DNA from: Candidatus Helarchaeota archaeon
GTDB lineage: Archaea; Asgardarchaeota; Lokiarchaeia; Helarchaeales; RDOG01
Length of the DNA stretch: 64,000 nt
Reading direction: 5' to 3'
Assembly: GCA_019058315.1 (NCBI GenBank)
Contig: JAHPZH010000008.1
Span: 1-64,000, forward strand
The notes beneath the pieces are model-generated. The model was not told where the DNA came from. It did no database searches and saw nothing but the letters and a program-made list of their open reading frames with translations. Shown in pieces: positions 48,719 to 58,905 of this stretch (the stretch's first letter is position 1; every line of letters begins with the position of its first letter). The translations under genes and the position numbers were made by a program.

Positions 48719-48816
48719 TCTGAATTTTTAATCTCTTTTTATATTAAAAGAAAATTATAAAAATTCATTAAATTCTATTTTTAATTAAAATGTTTAATAA
48801 GGGAGTTTAGATAACT

Positions 48817-49257
48817 TTGAAAATTATTAGTAAAGATTTCCAGCATGGAGGAATGATTCCATCGAAATTTACATGTGATGGTGTTGATGTATCTCCGCAA
48901 TTAGAATGGTCTGAAGTACCTGATGGTGTCCAAAGTTTCGCTTTAACTTGTATAGACCCCGATGCCCCTGTAGGAGGAATAGGTTGGGTTCATTGGATAG
49001 TTATAAATATATCTAAGGATGTTCTAGAAATTCCACAGGACGGACCAGTACCAGGTGAGGAAATTAGAAATGATTTTGGAAAAAAACCTTATGGTGGTCC
49101 ATGTCCTCCAGGAGGAACGCACAGATATTATTTTAAATTATATGCACTTTCAAAAGAGAAACTTGAAGGAGTGAAAAGGAGTAATTTTTTAAAAATAATC
49201 CAAGAAGCTACTATTAAATCGTGCGAAATAATGGGAAAATATTCTCGAAAACGATAA
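48817..49257 (+). CDS. YbhB/YbcL family PEBP (Raf kinase inhibitor-like) protein
   Basis: CDGVDVSPQLEW, DPDAP, WVHW, YGGPCPPGGTHRYYF. Confidence 0.92.
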   Translation: MKIISKDFQHGGMIPSKFTCDGVDVSPQLEWSEVPDGVQSFALTCIDPDAPVGGIGWVHWIVINISKDVLEIPQDGPVPGEEIRNDFGKKPYGGPCPPGGTHRYYFKLYALSKEKLEGVKRSNFLKIIQEATIKSCEIMGKYSRKR

Positions 49258-49328
49258 TTCATATTTTTTTTTATTATTACCATATAAATTTTTAGAATAC
49301 TCTCCATTAATACTGAACAGATAATAAA

Positions 49329-49652
49329 ATGTCAAATAAAAACCCAATAGGAACAAAAAAACTTGCGGAAATTGTATCAAACTATGAAAATTTAATCCTT
49401 TCAGATAATAATATCTTATTTCTTCAATTTATAAGCGCTAAATTGGATATGAATCAATTAAATGGTCTTCAGGATTGGCTCTTTGAGAAACTCACAAAGC
49501 AGGTAAAACCAAAATATAAGGAAGAATTTAATATTGATCTTGAATGTTCGAGATTTCCTACTCATTTTGAAATTAGAAACCTTGAAAAGTTACCTGAGGA
49601 AAAAGTTTCAAAAATTTTTAAGATGTTTGAGTGGGTATTAAATAAATTTTAA
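49329..49652 (+). CDS. Hypothetical protein
   Basis: 107-aa ORF, ATG start. Confidence 0.55.
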   Translation: MSNKNPIGTKKLAEIVSNYENLILSDNNILFLQFISAKLDMNQLNGLQDWLFEKLTKQVKPKYKEEFNIDLECSRFPTHFEIRNLEKLPEEKVSKIFKMFEWVLNKF

Positions 49653-49664
49653 ATCAACAAAAAA

Positions 49665-49889
49665 TTATCCCGATTTCATCATCCAACTTTTTTTGCTAGT
49701 TCGTTCAACTAACCCTTTTTCTTCGAGTCTGATTAATACTTGGACGACTTGGTTTTGATTTAGAACTTGACTTTTATGTGCAATAAATTTTGGTCTACGG
49801 GCTTCTCTTTTTATTATTTCTAGGACTAATTGTTCTTCTAAGTCCAATTTACCACTTTTAGTCTTTTTTATCTTTGTCTTTTTACTCAA
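49665..49889 (-). CDS. Small basic winged-helix protein
   Basis: VLEIIKRE...PKFIA...QVVQVLIRLEEKGLVER wHTH pattern; GGAG upstream. Confidence 0.6.
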   Translation of the reverse strand: MSKKTKIKKTKSGKLDLEEQLVLEIIKREARRPKFIAHKSQVLNQNQVVQVLIRLEEKGLVERTSKKSWMMKSG

Positions 49890-50061
49890 TTTAAAAGCGT
49901 TCTCCTTTGAATAGATTTTACTATTTTAAAAATTTGTTATTAATTTAAAAATTCTTTCTTTTTTTACATATTTTTATTTCATAGAAAAATATAATTATTT
50001 AAAAAAGTTAAAACAATATATATCAATTAGACATTTATCTTTTTACTTAAGTGAAGATAAA

Positions 50062-50199
50062 ATGGAATTATATAAAAAATGCATAATTATTTTTATGGGT
50101 AATGCATTATTCTCGTTGTTTTTAGCAATTATATTCTTTATATTTTTTGCTAATGACCCACTTTTTCAATTTCAAGAAGCTTTGGCTGATTTAGGTTAA
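50062..50199 (+). CDS. Small single-TM protein not in ORF track (MELYKKCIIIFMGNALFSLFLAIIFFIFFANDPLFQFQEALADLG)
   Basis: 45-codon ATG..TAA frame with one long hydrophobic segment, in an otherwise empty intergenic region. Confidence 0.5.
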   Translation: MELYKKCIIIFMGNALFSLFLAIIFFIFFANDPLFQFQEALADLG

Positions 50200-50244
50200 A
50201 ATAAAATAATCTAGGAGAAAAGTATATTTTTAGAATTGAATAAT

Positions 50245-51948
50245 CTATTTTTGCTCTGTAATCATTTTACGCACTATAGCAACTATAATAAGACAAAATA
50301 CCGATACTGATATGTAAAATATCATCATTACGAGCAATTTATCGACTTCTCCACCAGATGCAATGCCATAAATAAAAAAGCTTGTGAAAAATACAGGTAA
50401 CCCCATTGCATACCAATAATAAGGTTCATTATATTTCTCTTTAGGAATCCTCTCAGCTTTATATGCATGAATTTCTGTTGCTGCAATTTCTTCTAGCATT
50501 CTCCCCTTGCCTTCTGGAGCTAGTAGATAAGTTGTAAATAAAATAGTGGCCACTGCCAGTCCCATGAGCCTAAACATGAATTGATAAGAGAGTCCCAAGC
50601 CCCCTAATTTTTCGGCTCCATACATCATTAGAAAAGGGGCTAAAATCGTTCCTCCTCTAGAAATTGCACCAATCCAACCCATAGCCGTGCTTCTAACATG
50701 AGTAGGGAACATCTCTAAGGGAATAAGAGTAGATGCAGTAGCCCATATCGGTGCACAAAATCCTGACAACATTGTGCCCAAAACAGAAATAGTCATAAGA
50801 AGAGGAATTGGTATATCCCCAGGTACAAATAAGGCGGGCCATGCCATAAATGCACCAGCCCAAATTGTGATATTTCCGAAACGATGAATACAAGTCACCC
50901 TACCCCAACGATCTATTAAAGGACCTGCCAGATAGTATCCCAGTCCTGCAGATATCATAAGTGGCAATGATACAAATCCAACTAAAGTTGATCCCATGTT
51001 TTGTTCTTTAGCAAAATAAAGTGCGAAAAAGGTTACTTGAGCAGACGTGATTAGCGTTCCCAAAAATCCCAATATGCAACCCAAAGTCATTGGACGAATA
51101 TATTTTCGTTTTAAGGGAACTGTCCATCCAGTCTTTGGCTTTAAACCTTTTTTTAATCGCCACTTTTCATATCTTTTCATAGAATTAAATAATTTAGTCT
51201 CTTTTAAAAAGAAAAATAATGGAATAATGAAAAAATAACCTAAACTTGTTAAGAAAAATAAACTCTGCCATGTGGATAGTTTCATTCCGAAAATTGATAA
51301 TTCAACTCCAATAGCTTGAATTATTCCACACGCAAACCCACCAACCGCATTTGTTGCAAGTACAGCTCCTACCAATCTCCCTCTTAATTGATTTGGAGCC
51401 TCTTCAGCCATTATAATAAGAACTATATCAGCAGAGAGAAAATAATTTGCACAAATTCGGATGATAAGAAAATAAATTAAACCTGGAGACCCACGGGGAG
51501 AAAATGCGGTTAAGACTGAAAATGTGATAAATGCAATTGCAGTTAGGAGTGTTAATGGACGTCTTCCATACTTATCAACAAAATATTTAAACGAAACCGC
51601 TGCAACTACTCCAACACCTGCAATACTAAGCACAATTCCCATGGTTACGGGACTACCTGTAAGCCCAAAATAAGTAAATAAGTCTGGATTAAAAAATTGC
51701 TCCAGACTCAATTCGAATCCACCCCCAAATCCGCCCATCGCTAAAGTAATTGCTAAAGTAGACCAACCATCGAAGAACGTGACAATTCCAGCGAAAAAAA
51801 GGACAAACCATAGATATTTATTCATTTTAGTAGGAAGTGAAGTTTCCTCTCTTCTTTTTTCACGAATTCTTCGGCGTTCTTCTTTAGATAATTTTTTGGA
51901 AGTCTCAGGATTATTAATTTTTTCTGTTTCTTTAGGTTCTGTTGACAA
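50245..51948 (-). CDS. MFS transporter
   Basis: VDKYGRR and IDRWGR motif A, EEAPNQLRG, EMFPTHVRSTAMG, APEGKGR. Confidence 0.9.
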   Translation of the reverse strand: MSTEPKETEKINNPETSKKLSKEERRRIREKRREETSLPTKMNKYLWFVLFFAGIVTFFDGWSTLAITLAMGGFGGGFELSLEQFFNPDLFTYFGLTGSPVTMGIVLSIAGVGVVAAVSFKYFVDKYGRRPLTLLTAIAFITFSVLTAFSPRGSPGLIYFLIIRICANYFLSADIVLIIMAEEAPNQLRGRLVGAVLATNAVGGFACGIIQAIGVELSIFGMKLSTWQSLFFLTSLGYFFIIPLFFFLKETKLFNSMKRYEKWRLKKGLKPKTGWTVPLKRKYIRPMTLGCILGFLGTLITSAQVTFFALYFAKEQNMGSTLVGFVSLPLMISAGLGYYLAGPLIDRWGRVTCIHRFGNITIWAGAFMAWPALFVPGDIPIPLLMTISVLGTMLSGFCAPIWATASTLIPLEMFPTHVRSTAMGWIGAISRGGTILAPFLMMYGAEKLGGLGLSYQFMFRLMGLAVATILFTTYLLAPEGKGRMLEEIAATEIHAYKAERIPKEKYNEPYYWYAMGLPVFFTSFFIYGIASGGEVDKLLVMMIFYISVSVFCLIIVAIVRKMITEQK

Positions 51949-51970
51949 ATTTATCTCCCTTTAAAGAAAT

Positions 51971-51990
51971 TGTAATAATAATGTATTACA
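51971..51990. promoter_or_regulatory. Inverted repeat TGTAATA-N6-TATTACA upstream of MFS gene
   Basis: 7-bp arms 23-42 nt upstream of the MFS start, in a divergent intergenic region. Confidence 0.35.
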
Positions 51991-52060
51991 TTTATTTATT
52001 TTTTTTACTTTTTGGTGTGCGTTAGTATTTCTTATATTCTAAAAAAAAATTAGAACTCTA

Positions 52061-52774
52061 ATGAATGCAAAATTACTTTTAAAAACCCTAGAACTATCAT
52101 CACCTCATTCAGAAATAAAATCTGAAAGCATATTGCAAAATAGAAAAGTACCTATTAATAAGATATTAACTTTTTTGGGAAAACAAGGGTATATTACAGA
52201 AGATAATAAAAGGAAAAGAACTATTTCTAATTTTAGAATAAATTTAGCAATATTCGGAATAGTAAATTTAAACATACAGCCATCGCAAGTTATAAACTAT
52301 CTTAAATGGCAAGAATTTGAAGAATTTTGCCTTTATGTTCTGGAACAGCATGATTTTAGTTGTATTAAAAACTTTAGGTTTAAAAGAAAGAAAAAAAGGT
52401 TTGAAATAGATATTGTGGGTATTCATCAACCTTATATATTATGTATCGATGCAAAACTATGGCGCATTCGTTCCGGAAAGTCTACCGCTTTGAAAAAAGC
52501 AGTAGAAAGGCAAATAATTAGGACTCAAGCTTTATCAGATGTTATTTCTCGATATTTTGATAAATTACCTATTTCAAATTGGAATAATGCTATTTTTATT
52601 CCAATTTTAACAACTTCGATGAACGAGGGTATAAAAGCTCATAAAAAAGTTCCCATCATTCCATTCTATCAACTTAATAATTTTATTGCTGATTTCAATG
52701 AAATTACTGATGATTTACCCCAATTTAAAGTTAAAGTTCCAAAATGTGGAGTTCAAACTAAACTTATATTTTAA
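52061..52774 (+). CDS. Mrr/NERD-like PD-(D/E)xK endonuclease-fold protein
   Basis: WQEFEEFC...FEIDIVG...ILCIDAKLW. Confidence 0.75.
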   Translation: MNAKLLLKTLELSSPHSEIKSESILQNRKVPINKILTFLGKQGYITEDNKRKRTISNFRINLAIFGIVNLNIQPSQVINYLKWQEFEEFCLYVLEQHDFSCIKNFRFKRKKKRFEIDIVGIHQPYILCIDAKLWRIRSGKSTALKKAVERQIIRTQALSDVISRYFDKLPISNWNNAIFIPILTTSMNEGIKAHKKVPIIPFYQLNNFIADFNEITDDLPQFKVKVPKCGVQTKLIF

Positions 52775-52894
52775 AAATTACTTTCATTTGCCCCAATTAA
52801 TAATTTTATATGAAGACTTTTTTTGTATTATTTAGCGACCTTTGTCGTAATATGAAAGTTTAATTACAATCAAAGTTATCTTTATTATAGTTAT

Positions 52895-53638
52895 GTGAAA
52901 CTCTTTCAAAGAGGTTTATTGGTGCCGAATAACAAATATGATATAATTATCTGTGACCAATGTGGACGTCAATCCGAGCCCGATATGCGGTTTTGTACTT
53001 ATTGTGGTGCTGCTCTTACTAAAAATCCTATAGATTTCTCTTCAACTTCCTCCTCAACTTCCACAAACACAGAATCTGAAGCAGGTAGTTTATTATTTCA
53101 AAGACTTCAATCTAAAACTAATCAAAAGCAAAAACAACCAAACAGATTGAAACCAATATCTAAAAGTCCTAAAACAGTATCATCCACAGCCAAAATGAAG
53201 AGAGTAGCTAGACCAAAACCTAAAAAACCTGCCATAAGAACCGTTACAGTTATCGATTCAAAATTAAAATTAAAACTTTTAGAGCAGCTTAAAGACCTAA
53301 ATAAATTGGATCGAACTTTAGAGGCATCAGCAATTATACGATATAGAGACCATAATGTTTTAGCTGCTGCCACTTCTACTCGAACTAGTGAAAATCTTAT
53401 GGTGACAATAGCAAGTACTATTTTTGACATTTGTTCAGATTCAATTAAAGCCTTAGGGGGAGGAAAAATTCGTATTCTAAACATTACCGCGGAACAGATT
53501 ACATTATTGCTTTCTCCTATTGATTCAGATACAGTTCTTATCGTAGTAACTAATCCTAAATCAAATGTGGGCTTAATTTCAATGTATATGGAAATTACTT
53601 GCGAAAGAGTTAGGGGATTATTACAAATACCAGCTTAA
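52895..53638 (+). CDS. Zinc ribbon + low-complexity linker + Roadblock/LC7 domain protein
   Basis: CDQC...CTYC; S/T- and K/P-rich linker; C-terminal LEASAIIR...MVTIASTIFDICSDSIKALGGG...SNVGLI Roadblock pattern. Confidence 0.8.
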   Translation: MKLFQRGLLVPNNKYDIIICDQCGRQSEPDMRFCTYCGAALTKNPIDFSSTSSSTSTNTESEAGSLLFQRLQSKTNQKQKQPNRLKPISKSPKTVSSTAKMKRVARPKPKKPAIRTVTVIDSKLKLKLLEQLKDLNKLDRTLEASAIIRYRDHNVLAAATSTRTSENLMVTIASTIFDICSDSIKALGGGKIRILNITAEQITLLLSPIDSDTVLIVVTNPKSNVGLISMYMEITCERVRGLLQIPA

Positions 53639-53824
53639 GAAAATAAATTTTAGTTTTTTATCCCTATTTTTTTACTTCATTAACTCTATTCACTTAATCT
53701 AATTATTACAAATTTTTTAATACCATCCTTATGACATTTATTTATTTTGATTTAATTTCATCATAGAACTTTTATTAAAAATTAAAAATATTCAAATGAA
53801 CCTTCCAAAAAATAACTTAGTGAT

Positions 53825-54952
53825 GTGGAGATTATGGATTTTATTCCAGTCAATAAGCCTATGTTAGGTAAAGAAGAAACAACTGAAATTTCGAAAATAA
53901 TTCAATCTGGAGCTCTTACTCATAAAGAGGGAAAGGGCAAATACGTTTTAAAATTTGAAGAATCCTTCTCTAAATTTATTGGAACAAAACATGCTATTGC
54001 AGTAAATAATGGAACAGCTGCTTTACATAGTGCTTTGTTGGCTTTAGACCTAAAACCAAATGATGAAATAATAGTACCTACTTTTACATTTGTCGCAACA
54101 GCGGAGGTTGTACTCCACGTTGGATGTAAGGTTGTATTTACGGATATAAATCCAAGGACTTTTAATATTGATCTTTCAAATATTCAAAAAAAAGTAACTG
54201 AACGCACGAAAGCAATAATTACAGTTCATTTATATGGTCATCCTGTAGATTTAAATCCTATTTTGGAATTTGCTAAGGATAAAGAAATATTTGTTATAGA
54301 AGATGTGGCTCAAGCACATGGTGCAAAATATTATGATAAGATGGCAGGAAGTTTGGGGGATTTTGGCTGTTTCAGCTTTTATCCAAGTAAAAATATGACA
54401 ACTGGAGAGGGGGGAATGATAACGACAAATAATTCTGAACTTGCAGAGAAATTACGGATGATTAGAAATCACGGAGAATCCGAAGAATATAAGACAATCA
54501 TGTTAGGTCATAATTTTAGAATGCCAGAATTATCAGCGGCAATAGGAGATATTCAGTTAAAAAAACTTAAAGATTTTTTAAATAAGAGAACAAATAATGC
54601 AAAAATTCTAAATAATGCTTTGCAAAATGTCGAATCAATCAATATCCCAATAGTTGAGAAATGGGCTACTCATGCTTGGTATTTATATACCACTAATTTA
54701 AAAGATCCTAACAAAAGAAATGATCTAATTACTAAATTAAGAGAAGAAAATATAGGGACAGGAGTTTATTATTCAACTCCTTTACATTTAATGCCTTTAT
54801 TTCAAAAATTGTATGGTTTTAAAGGAGGAGAATTTTTAAACTCTGAGAAAGCCTCAAAATCTGTATTAAGCCTCCCAGTCTATCCGGGAATTAATAAAGA
54901 GGAAATGCAGTTTATAGCAAATAAAACCCGTGAAATTTGCTTATCACTATAA
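53825..54952 (+). CDS. DegT/DnrJ/EryC1/StrS aminotransferase
   Basis: NNGTAALH, TFVAT, VHLYG, EDVAQAHGA, FSFYPSKNMTTGEGG, GHNFRM. Confidence 0.93.
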   Translation: MEIMDFIPVNKPMLGKEETTEISKIIQSGALTHKEGKGKYVLKFEESFSKFIGTKHAIAVNNGTAALHSALLALDLKPNDEIIVPTFTFVATAEVVLHVGCKVVFTDINPRTFNIDLSNIQKKVTERTKAIITVHLYGHPVDLNPILEFAKDKEIFVIEDVAQAHGAKYYDKMAGSLGDFGCFSFYPSKNMTTGEGGMITTNNSELAEKLRMIRNHGESEEYKTIMLGHNFRMPELSAAIGDIQLKKLKDFLNKRTNNAKILNNALQNVESINIPIVEKWATHAWYLYTTNLKDPNKRNDLITKLREENIGTGVYYSTPLHLMPLFQKLYGFKGGEFLNSEKASKSVLSLPVYPGINKEEMQFIANKTREICLSL

Positions 54953-54976
54953 GTCTATTAAGATTTTAGAAGAAAC

Positions 54977-55783
54977 GTGGTTCCTTTGCATTCAAAATGG
55001 AAAATGATTATTTTCTGTACTTTTTATAATCTACTCTTTGAATTTTCAATGAGGGGGATTACTGGTTTTATAGAGCGATTTTTAGCTTTTTGGCTCTTTT
55101 GGGTTTATTTTGCATTTTTCAATATGGTTATTCATATTGCTATAATAAGTTATGGTTCTGAACGAGCAGTTTTAGCATCAACCGCAACATTCGGAATAAT
55201 TCCAGCTACTTTTATTACGGGAGTTATTTTTATTAACCCTGATTTCACAGGTTTAAATACAATAATATTAATTATCGATTTGTTCGTCTGGTGGGGCATC
55301 CTACAAACTTGGTTTCCCTTATTTATGTGTGGTAAATTATTTGGAGAAAAAATTCTGGATGGTAAATTAAATAAGATTGGGTGGATTTTATGTTTGATTT
55401 ATATTGCTGGTTTTACATTAATTGCTTTTACAGGAGCAACGAAAGGAGCCTTTCATGGTTATATTATATCTATAATAATTTTTTCATTAATATTTATATG
55501 GACCTTTATTGAAATCCGAAAGGCTGAACAAGTAGGAAAAAAAGAATTAATTGATGATGAAAAAGATCTTTTTGATTCAAAACTTTTGGAATTTGGTTTT
55601 TATGCCACTGTTATAATATCTTTATTTTCCGGTCTTATCTTGCCTTTATTTGATAGACCGATAGGAGATCCTCAAATTTATCCTAAATCTCTTTGGTTAA
55701 TGAGTATTTGGTCCATTATTTTAATGATAATTACATTATTTTATAAATTAAAAGAAAAAAAACCCTTTCCTCTGCCACATTAA
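54977..55783 (+). CDS. Hypothetical polytopic membrane protein
   Basis: ~8 hydrophobic segments. Confidence 0.65.
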   Translation: MVPLHSKWKMIIFCTFYNLLFEFSMRGITGFIERFLAFWLFWVYFAFFNMVIHIAIISYGSERAVLASTATFGIIPATFITGVIFINPDFTGLNTIILIIDLFVWWGILQTWFPLFMCGKLFGEKILDGKLNKIGWILCLIYIAGFTLIAFTGATKGAFHGYIISIIIFSLIFIWTFIEIRKAEQVGKKELIDDEKDLFDSKLLEFGFYATVIISLFSGLILPLFDRPIGDPQIYPKSLWLMSIWSIILMIITLFYKLKEKKPFPLPH

Positions 55784-56194
55784 TCATAAAACTCTTTTTA
55801 AAGTGTCAATCAATCTCGGTACTGTTTTATAATTTTCAAGTTCCTTTGGATATATCCATTTACATGTTTTATGTTCCCAATCTATTTTAATCTCGTCAGT
55901 TGACACATCCCAGAGAAATGGATGAACGTTCCACAATATTTTTTTGTCATTATCAATAATTTCTAATGGCGTTCCTTCTTTTACCAGTTTAATATCTTTA
56001 TCTTCTAATCCTGTTTCCTCGAAAATCTCTATTTTTGCTCTCATCTTTGGGTTGGCATCATATTTCTCAATATATCCACTAATTCCTGCCCATTTTCCTT
56101 GATATGTTCCAACCTTACTACTACGCTTAAGAATTAATATTTTATCTTTATGGCGAAGGAAATTTGTTACCACTTTTCTAGATTCTAAAGACAT
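55784..56194 (-). CDS. NUDIX hydrolase
   Basis: ILILKRS...WAGISGYIE...AKIEIFEETGL Nudix box; IDWEH. Confidence 0.88.
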   Translation of the reverse strand: MSLESRKVVTNFLRHKDKILILKRSSKVGTYQGKWAGISGYIEKYDANPKMRAKIEIFEETGLEDKDIKLVKEGTPLEIIDNDKKILWNVHPFLWDVSTDEIKIDWEHKTCKWIYPKELENYKTVPRLIDTLKRVL

Positions 56195-56497
56195 TTTTAA
56201 TTACTTTTTCAATTCTTATTGTTTTATTTGGTAATATTCCTCATAAATAAGTTATTTTTCGAGCTTATCAATAATTAAAAATATAAATAACCACTTAAAT
56301 ACCTCATTTTAACAGAAATAATATTCTTAAGAAGTATTATAAGTAGTATTAAATTAAAATTTTTTCAAAGGATACATATTTCTACTGAAATCTTCTATAA
56401 GAGAGAAGAAAAATATATTTAATATAAAATTTTTATTTATAAATTTATTAATTTATTACAGATAATATAAATTATTTTTAATTAGTGAGAAATTATA

Positions 56498-57628
56498 ATG
56501 TCTTTGAGGAGAGAAGATTCATTATATTTTAGAATTTGGATTAAGAACCAAATAAGATATTTAACTAAAGACTCGGAGTTTAATTCAAATTTTTGCATTG
56601 AAGCACCTGCTTTAATGGATGAAAATAAAGATCTAATTATTTATATATTAGAAAAAATCATTAAAACAAAAAAAGAAAATGAAAATACACTAATTTCTCC
56701 TTTCATAATCGATCCAGTAATTCCAAGAATTTATAATTCTTCTACAGAATCATCAAGAGCAATAAGAATATTATATAATAAATTTAAAATTGATGAACTT
56801 AAAAAGCAAATTGAAAATAGAAAATTTTCAAAAACACTAATTGAAGAATTTACAACTAAAGTTATAAATTTCCAAAATTTAAAAAGGAAAAATCCAAATT
56901 TAATGGATGTTGTATTCGATCTTGAGGAATTTAATCCTCCTCAATTAACTCCAAAATTTTATATTCCGCCTTATTTTAGCTTTAGAGAAACACAAAATGG
57001 AGATTTAAATCTAGCTTATGATTATAATAAGTATTCCTTAGAGTTTGCAAAAAAAATAAAACCAAAATCCAAACATTATATAGTCCTTTGTTCAACATTG
57101 AGGATTTTAGAAAGACACATTGATGATTTTATTGGTGATTTTAAAACAGCAGATGGTTTCATAATATGGGTTGAAAATTTTAACGGGGAAGATTCTAACA
57201 ATAAAATTAAAAATATGCAAAAAAAAGAATTTGAAACTGAATTATCTAAACATAAAAATGTAATTTCTGCTTATGGATCTTCATTTGATTTTTCAAATCA
57301 TAATTTATCAGGAATAATTTTAAAAACTAATTCTATGCCTGTAGGTTATTCTAGATCTGGTAGACCATATAAAACTGGGGCACCAAAAGATTGTTATTTA
57401 GAGAAAAAACAAATAATGGGGACTTTCAATGATTTTAAAAGTTCTTTCATGTATCGTAATTGTAATTGTAATACTTGTAATAAAAAATTTACTTATATTA
57501 GAAGTCAATATCCCAATAAATCTAATAGATTCCATAAACAAATATTTTTAAGTGAATTTAAGAATAGTGAACAATTAAAAATTCAACATTTTCGAGATAC
57601 TAAAACAAAAGAATATTTGGAATTATAA
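56498..57628 (+). CDS. Hypothetical protein, possible TGT-like TIM barrel with CxCxxC...H zinc site
   Basis: FIIDP, FYIPPYF, ADGFIIWV, CNCNTC followed by downstream His (QHF). Confidence 0.45.
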   Translation: MSLRREDSLYFRIWIKNQIRYLTKDSEFNSNFCIEAPALMDENKDLIIYILEKIIKTKKENENTLISPFIIDPVIPRIYNSSTESSRAIRILYNKFKIDELKKQIENRKFSKTLIEEFTTKVINFQNLKRKNPNLMDVVFDLEEFNPPQLTPKFYIPPYFSFRETQNGDLNLAYDYNKYSLEFAKKIKPKSKHYIVLCSTLRILERHIDDFIGDFKTADGFIIWVENFNGEDSNNKIKNMQKKEFETELSKHKNVISAYGSSFDFSNHNLSGIILKTNSMPVGYSRSGRPYKTGAPKDCYLEKKQIMGTFNDFKSSFMYRNCNCNTCNKKFTYIRSQYPNKSNRFHKQIFLSEFKNSEQLKIQHFRDTKTKEYLEL

Positions 57629-57672
57629 TTTTGAAAATTTTGTAACTAATAAAAAAATATTAAGGGAAAAAA

Positions 57673-58410
57673 ATGATACAAATAAAAAACGAGTTATTCA
57701 CAACTTTACTTTATTTGAATCAAGAATTAGAAGGGAGTAGGTACTTAGAAACCCGATTAAGAATGCAAAAATTAACATTTTTAGCACAAAATTTCTTACA
57801 AAAACTACCTCAAAATATAAGATTTGAATATTATGCGGATAAATTTGGTCCTTATTCAAGAGAACTTAGAGCAAATATAGAATTAGAAGAACAAAGTGGG
57901 ATCATTGAAACACTTGAAATTACTACAAAAAAAAAGGGGGGAGAAATTGAAGAAGAACAAGAAACTACTTCATATATTGACAGATATGATTATAGATTAT
58001 CTGATTTTGGAATAAAAATAATGAAGGATAGGTTTAAGAATTATTTTATAGAAAATAAGTATATTTTTTATGGTTTAAGGAATCTTTCATTATTAAGAAC
58101 AAAGATTTTAATTGGAATTGTCTATTTTTTATTTCCAGATATGGCAATAAAGTCTAAAATTAAACCTATTATAAAAAAAATACCTGAAAATGAAATCAAA
58201 ATGGGAATAAAAGTCTTCTTTAGAACCCTACCTCAAGAATTAATATTTAAAATCTATGACTTAAATAATAACTTTTCTTTATATTTTCCAGATATTGAAA
58301 AAGATTTATCATTTAAAATTCGTGAAATAGAAAAAGAAAAGGAAATTAAAATTATAAGAAAAGTTATTTCAAAAAATTTCGATCTATTAAGAATATTAGA
58401 ACACTATTAA
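57673..58410 (+). CDS. Panacea/SocA/YwgA-like wHTH antitoxin-domain protein
   Basis: RLRMQKLTFLAQ...FEYYADKFGPYSREL...YDYRLSDFG motif. Confidence 0.7.
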   Translation: MIQIKNELFTTLLYLNQELEGSRYLETRLRMQKLTFLAQNFLQKLPQNIRFEYYADKFGPYSRELRANIELEEQSGIIETLEITTKKKGGEIEEEQETTSYIDRYDYRLSDFGIKIMKDRFKNYFIENKYIFYGLRNLSLLRTKILIGIVYFLFPDMAIKSKIKPIIKKIPENEIKMGIKVFFRTLPQELIFKIYDLNNNFSLYFPDIEKDLSFKIREIEKEKEIKIIRKVISKNFDLLRILEHY

Positions 58411-58423
58411 ACTAATTTTTTAT

Positions 58424-58900
58424 GTGATCATACTTTTGAACCTAAATATCTATAAATTACCAAATATGTTAAGAATTTTAAATGAATTGGTTGATAAATT
58501 CCCGGAAGGTGATGTAAAACAGAATAAAAATAATGAATTTGTAATAAATTGTTTAAAATCCATAAAAGATTTACTTGATATGAAAATAACTTATTTTAAA
58601 CCATCTGTTATTGATTTCTTTGCTTATCTTATTTTTACTTTAATCATTAAGGATTGTTTAGTAGATGGAAATAAAAGATTCTTTACAATTTTCATTACAG
58701 AGTTTATTGAATTGAATTCTAGATTACTCTTAAAGCAATTTTGGACTGAATTAACTGCTGAAAAACAAAAGGATTTAATAATAGATTTATTTTCAGGTAT
58801 TGAAAAAGAAATTAAGAATGAGGAAAATGATATCAGTGATATCAAGATTATTGATGAAATTATAAAACCATGGGTTATAAAATTATTAGTTTTTAAATAA
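58424..58900 (+). CDS. Fic/Doc-like protein with degenerate motif
   Basis: DCLVDGNKR aligns with the Fic/Doc HPFxDGNKR motif with His replaced by Asp; preceded by AYLIFTLI helix, followed by FIELN. Confidence 0.65.
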   Translation: MIILLNLNIYKLPNMLRILNELVDKFPEGDVKQNKNNEFVINCLKSIKDLLDMKITYFKPSVIDFFAYLIFTLIIKDCLVDGNKRFFTIFITEFIELNSRLLLKQFWTELTAEKQKDLIIDLFSGIEKEIKNEENDISDIKIIDEIIKPWVIKLLVFK

Positions 58901-58905
58901 ATTCA

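Noticed and set aside
52061-52774. Mrr-like nuclease as part of a defence system
   Set aside because: Sits among housekeeping genes with no partner; resembles a broadly distributed archaeal nuclease-fold family.
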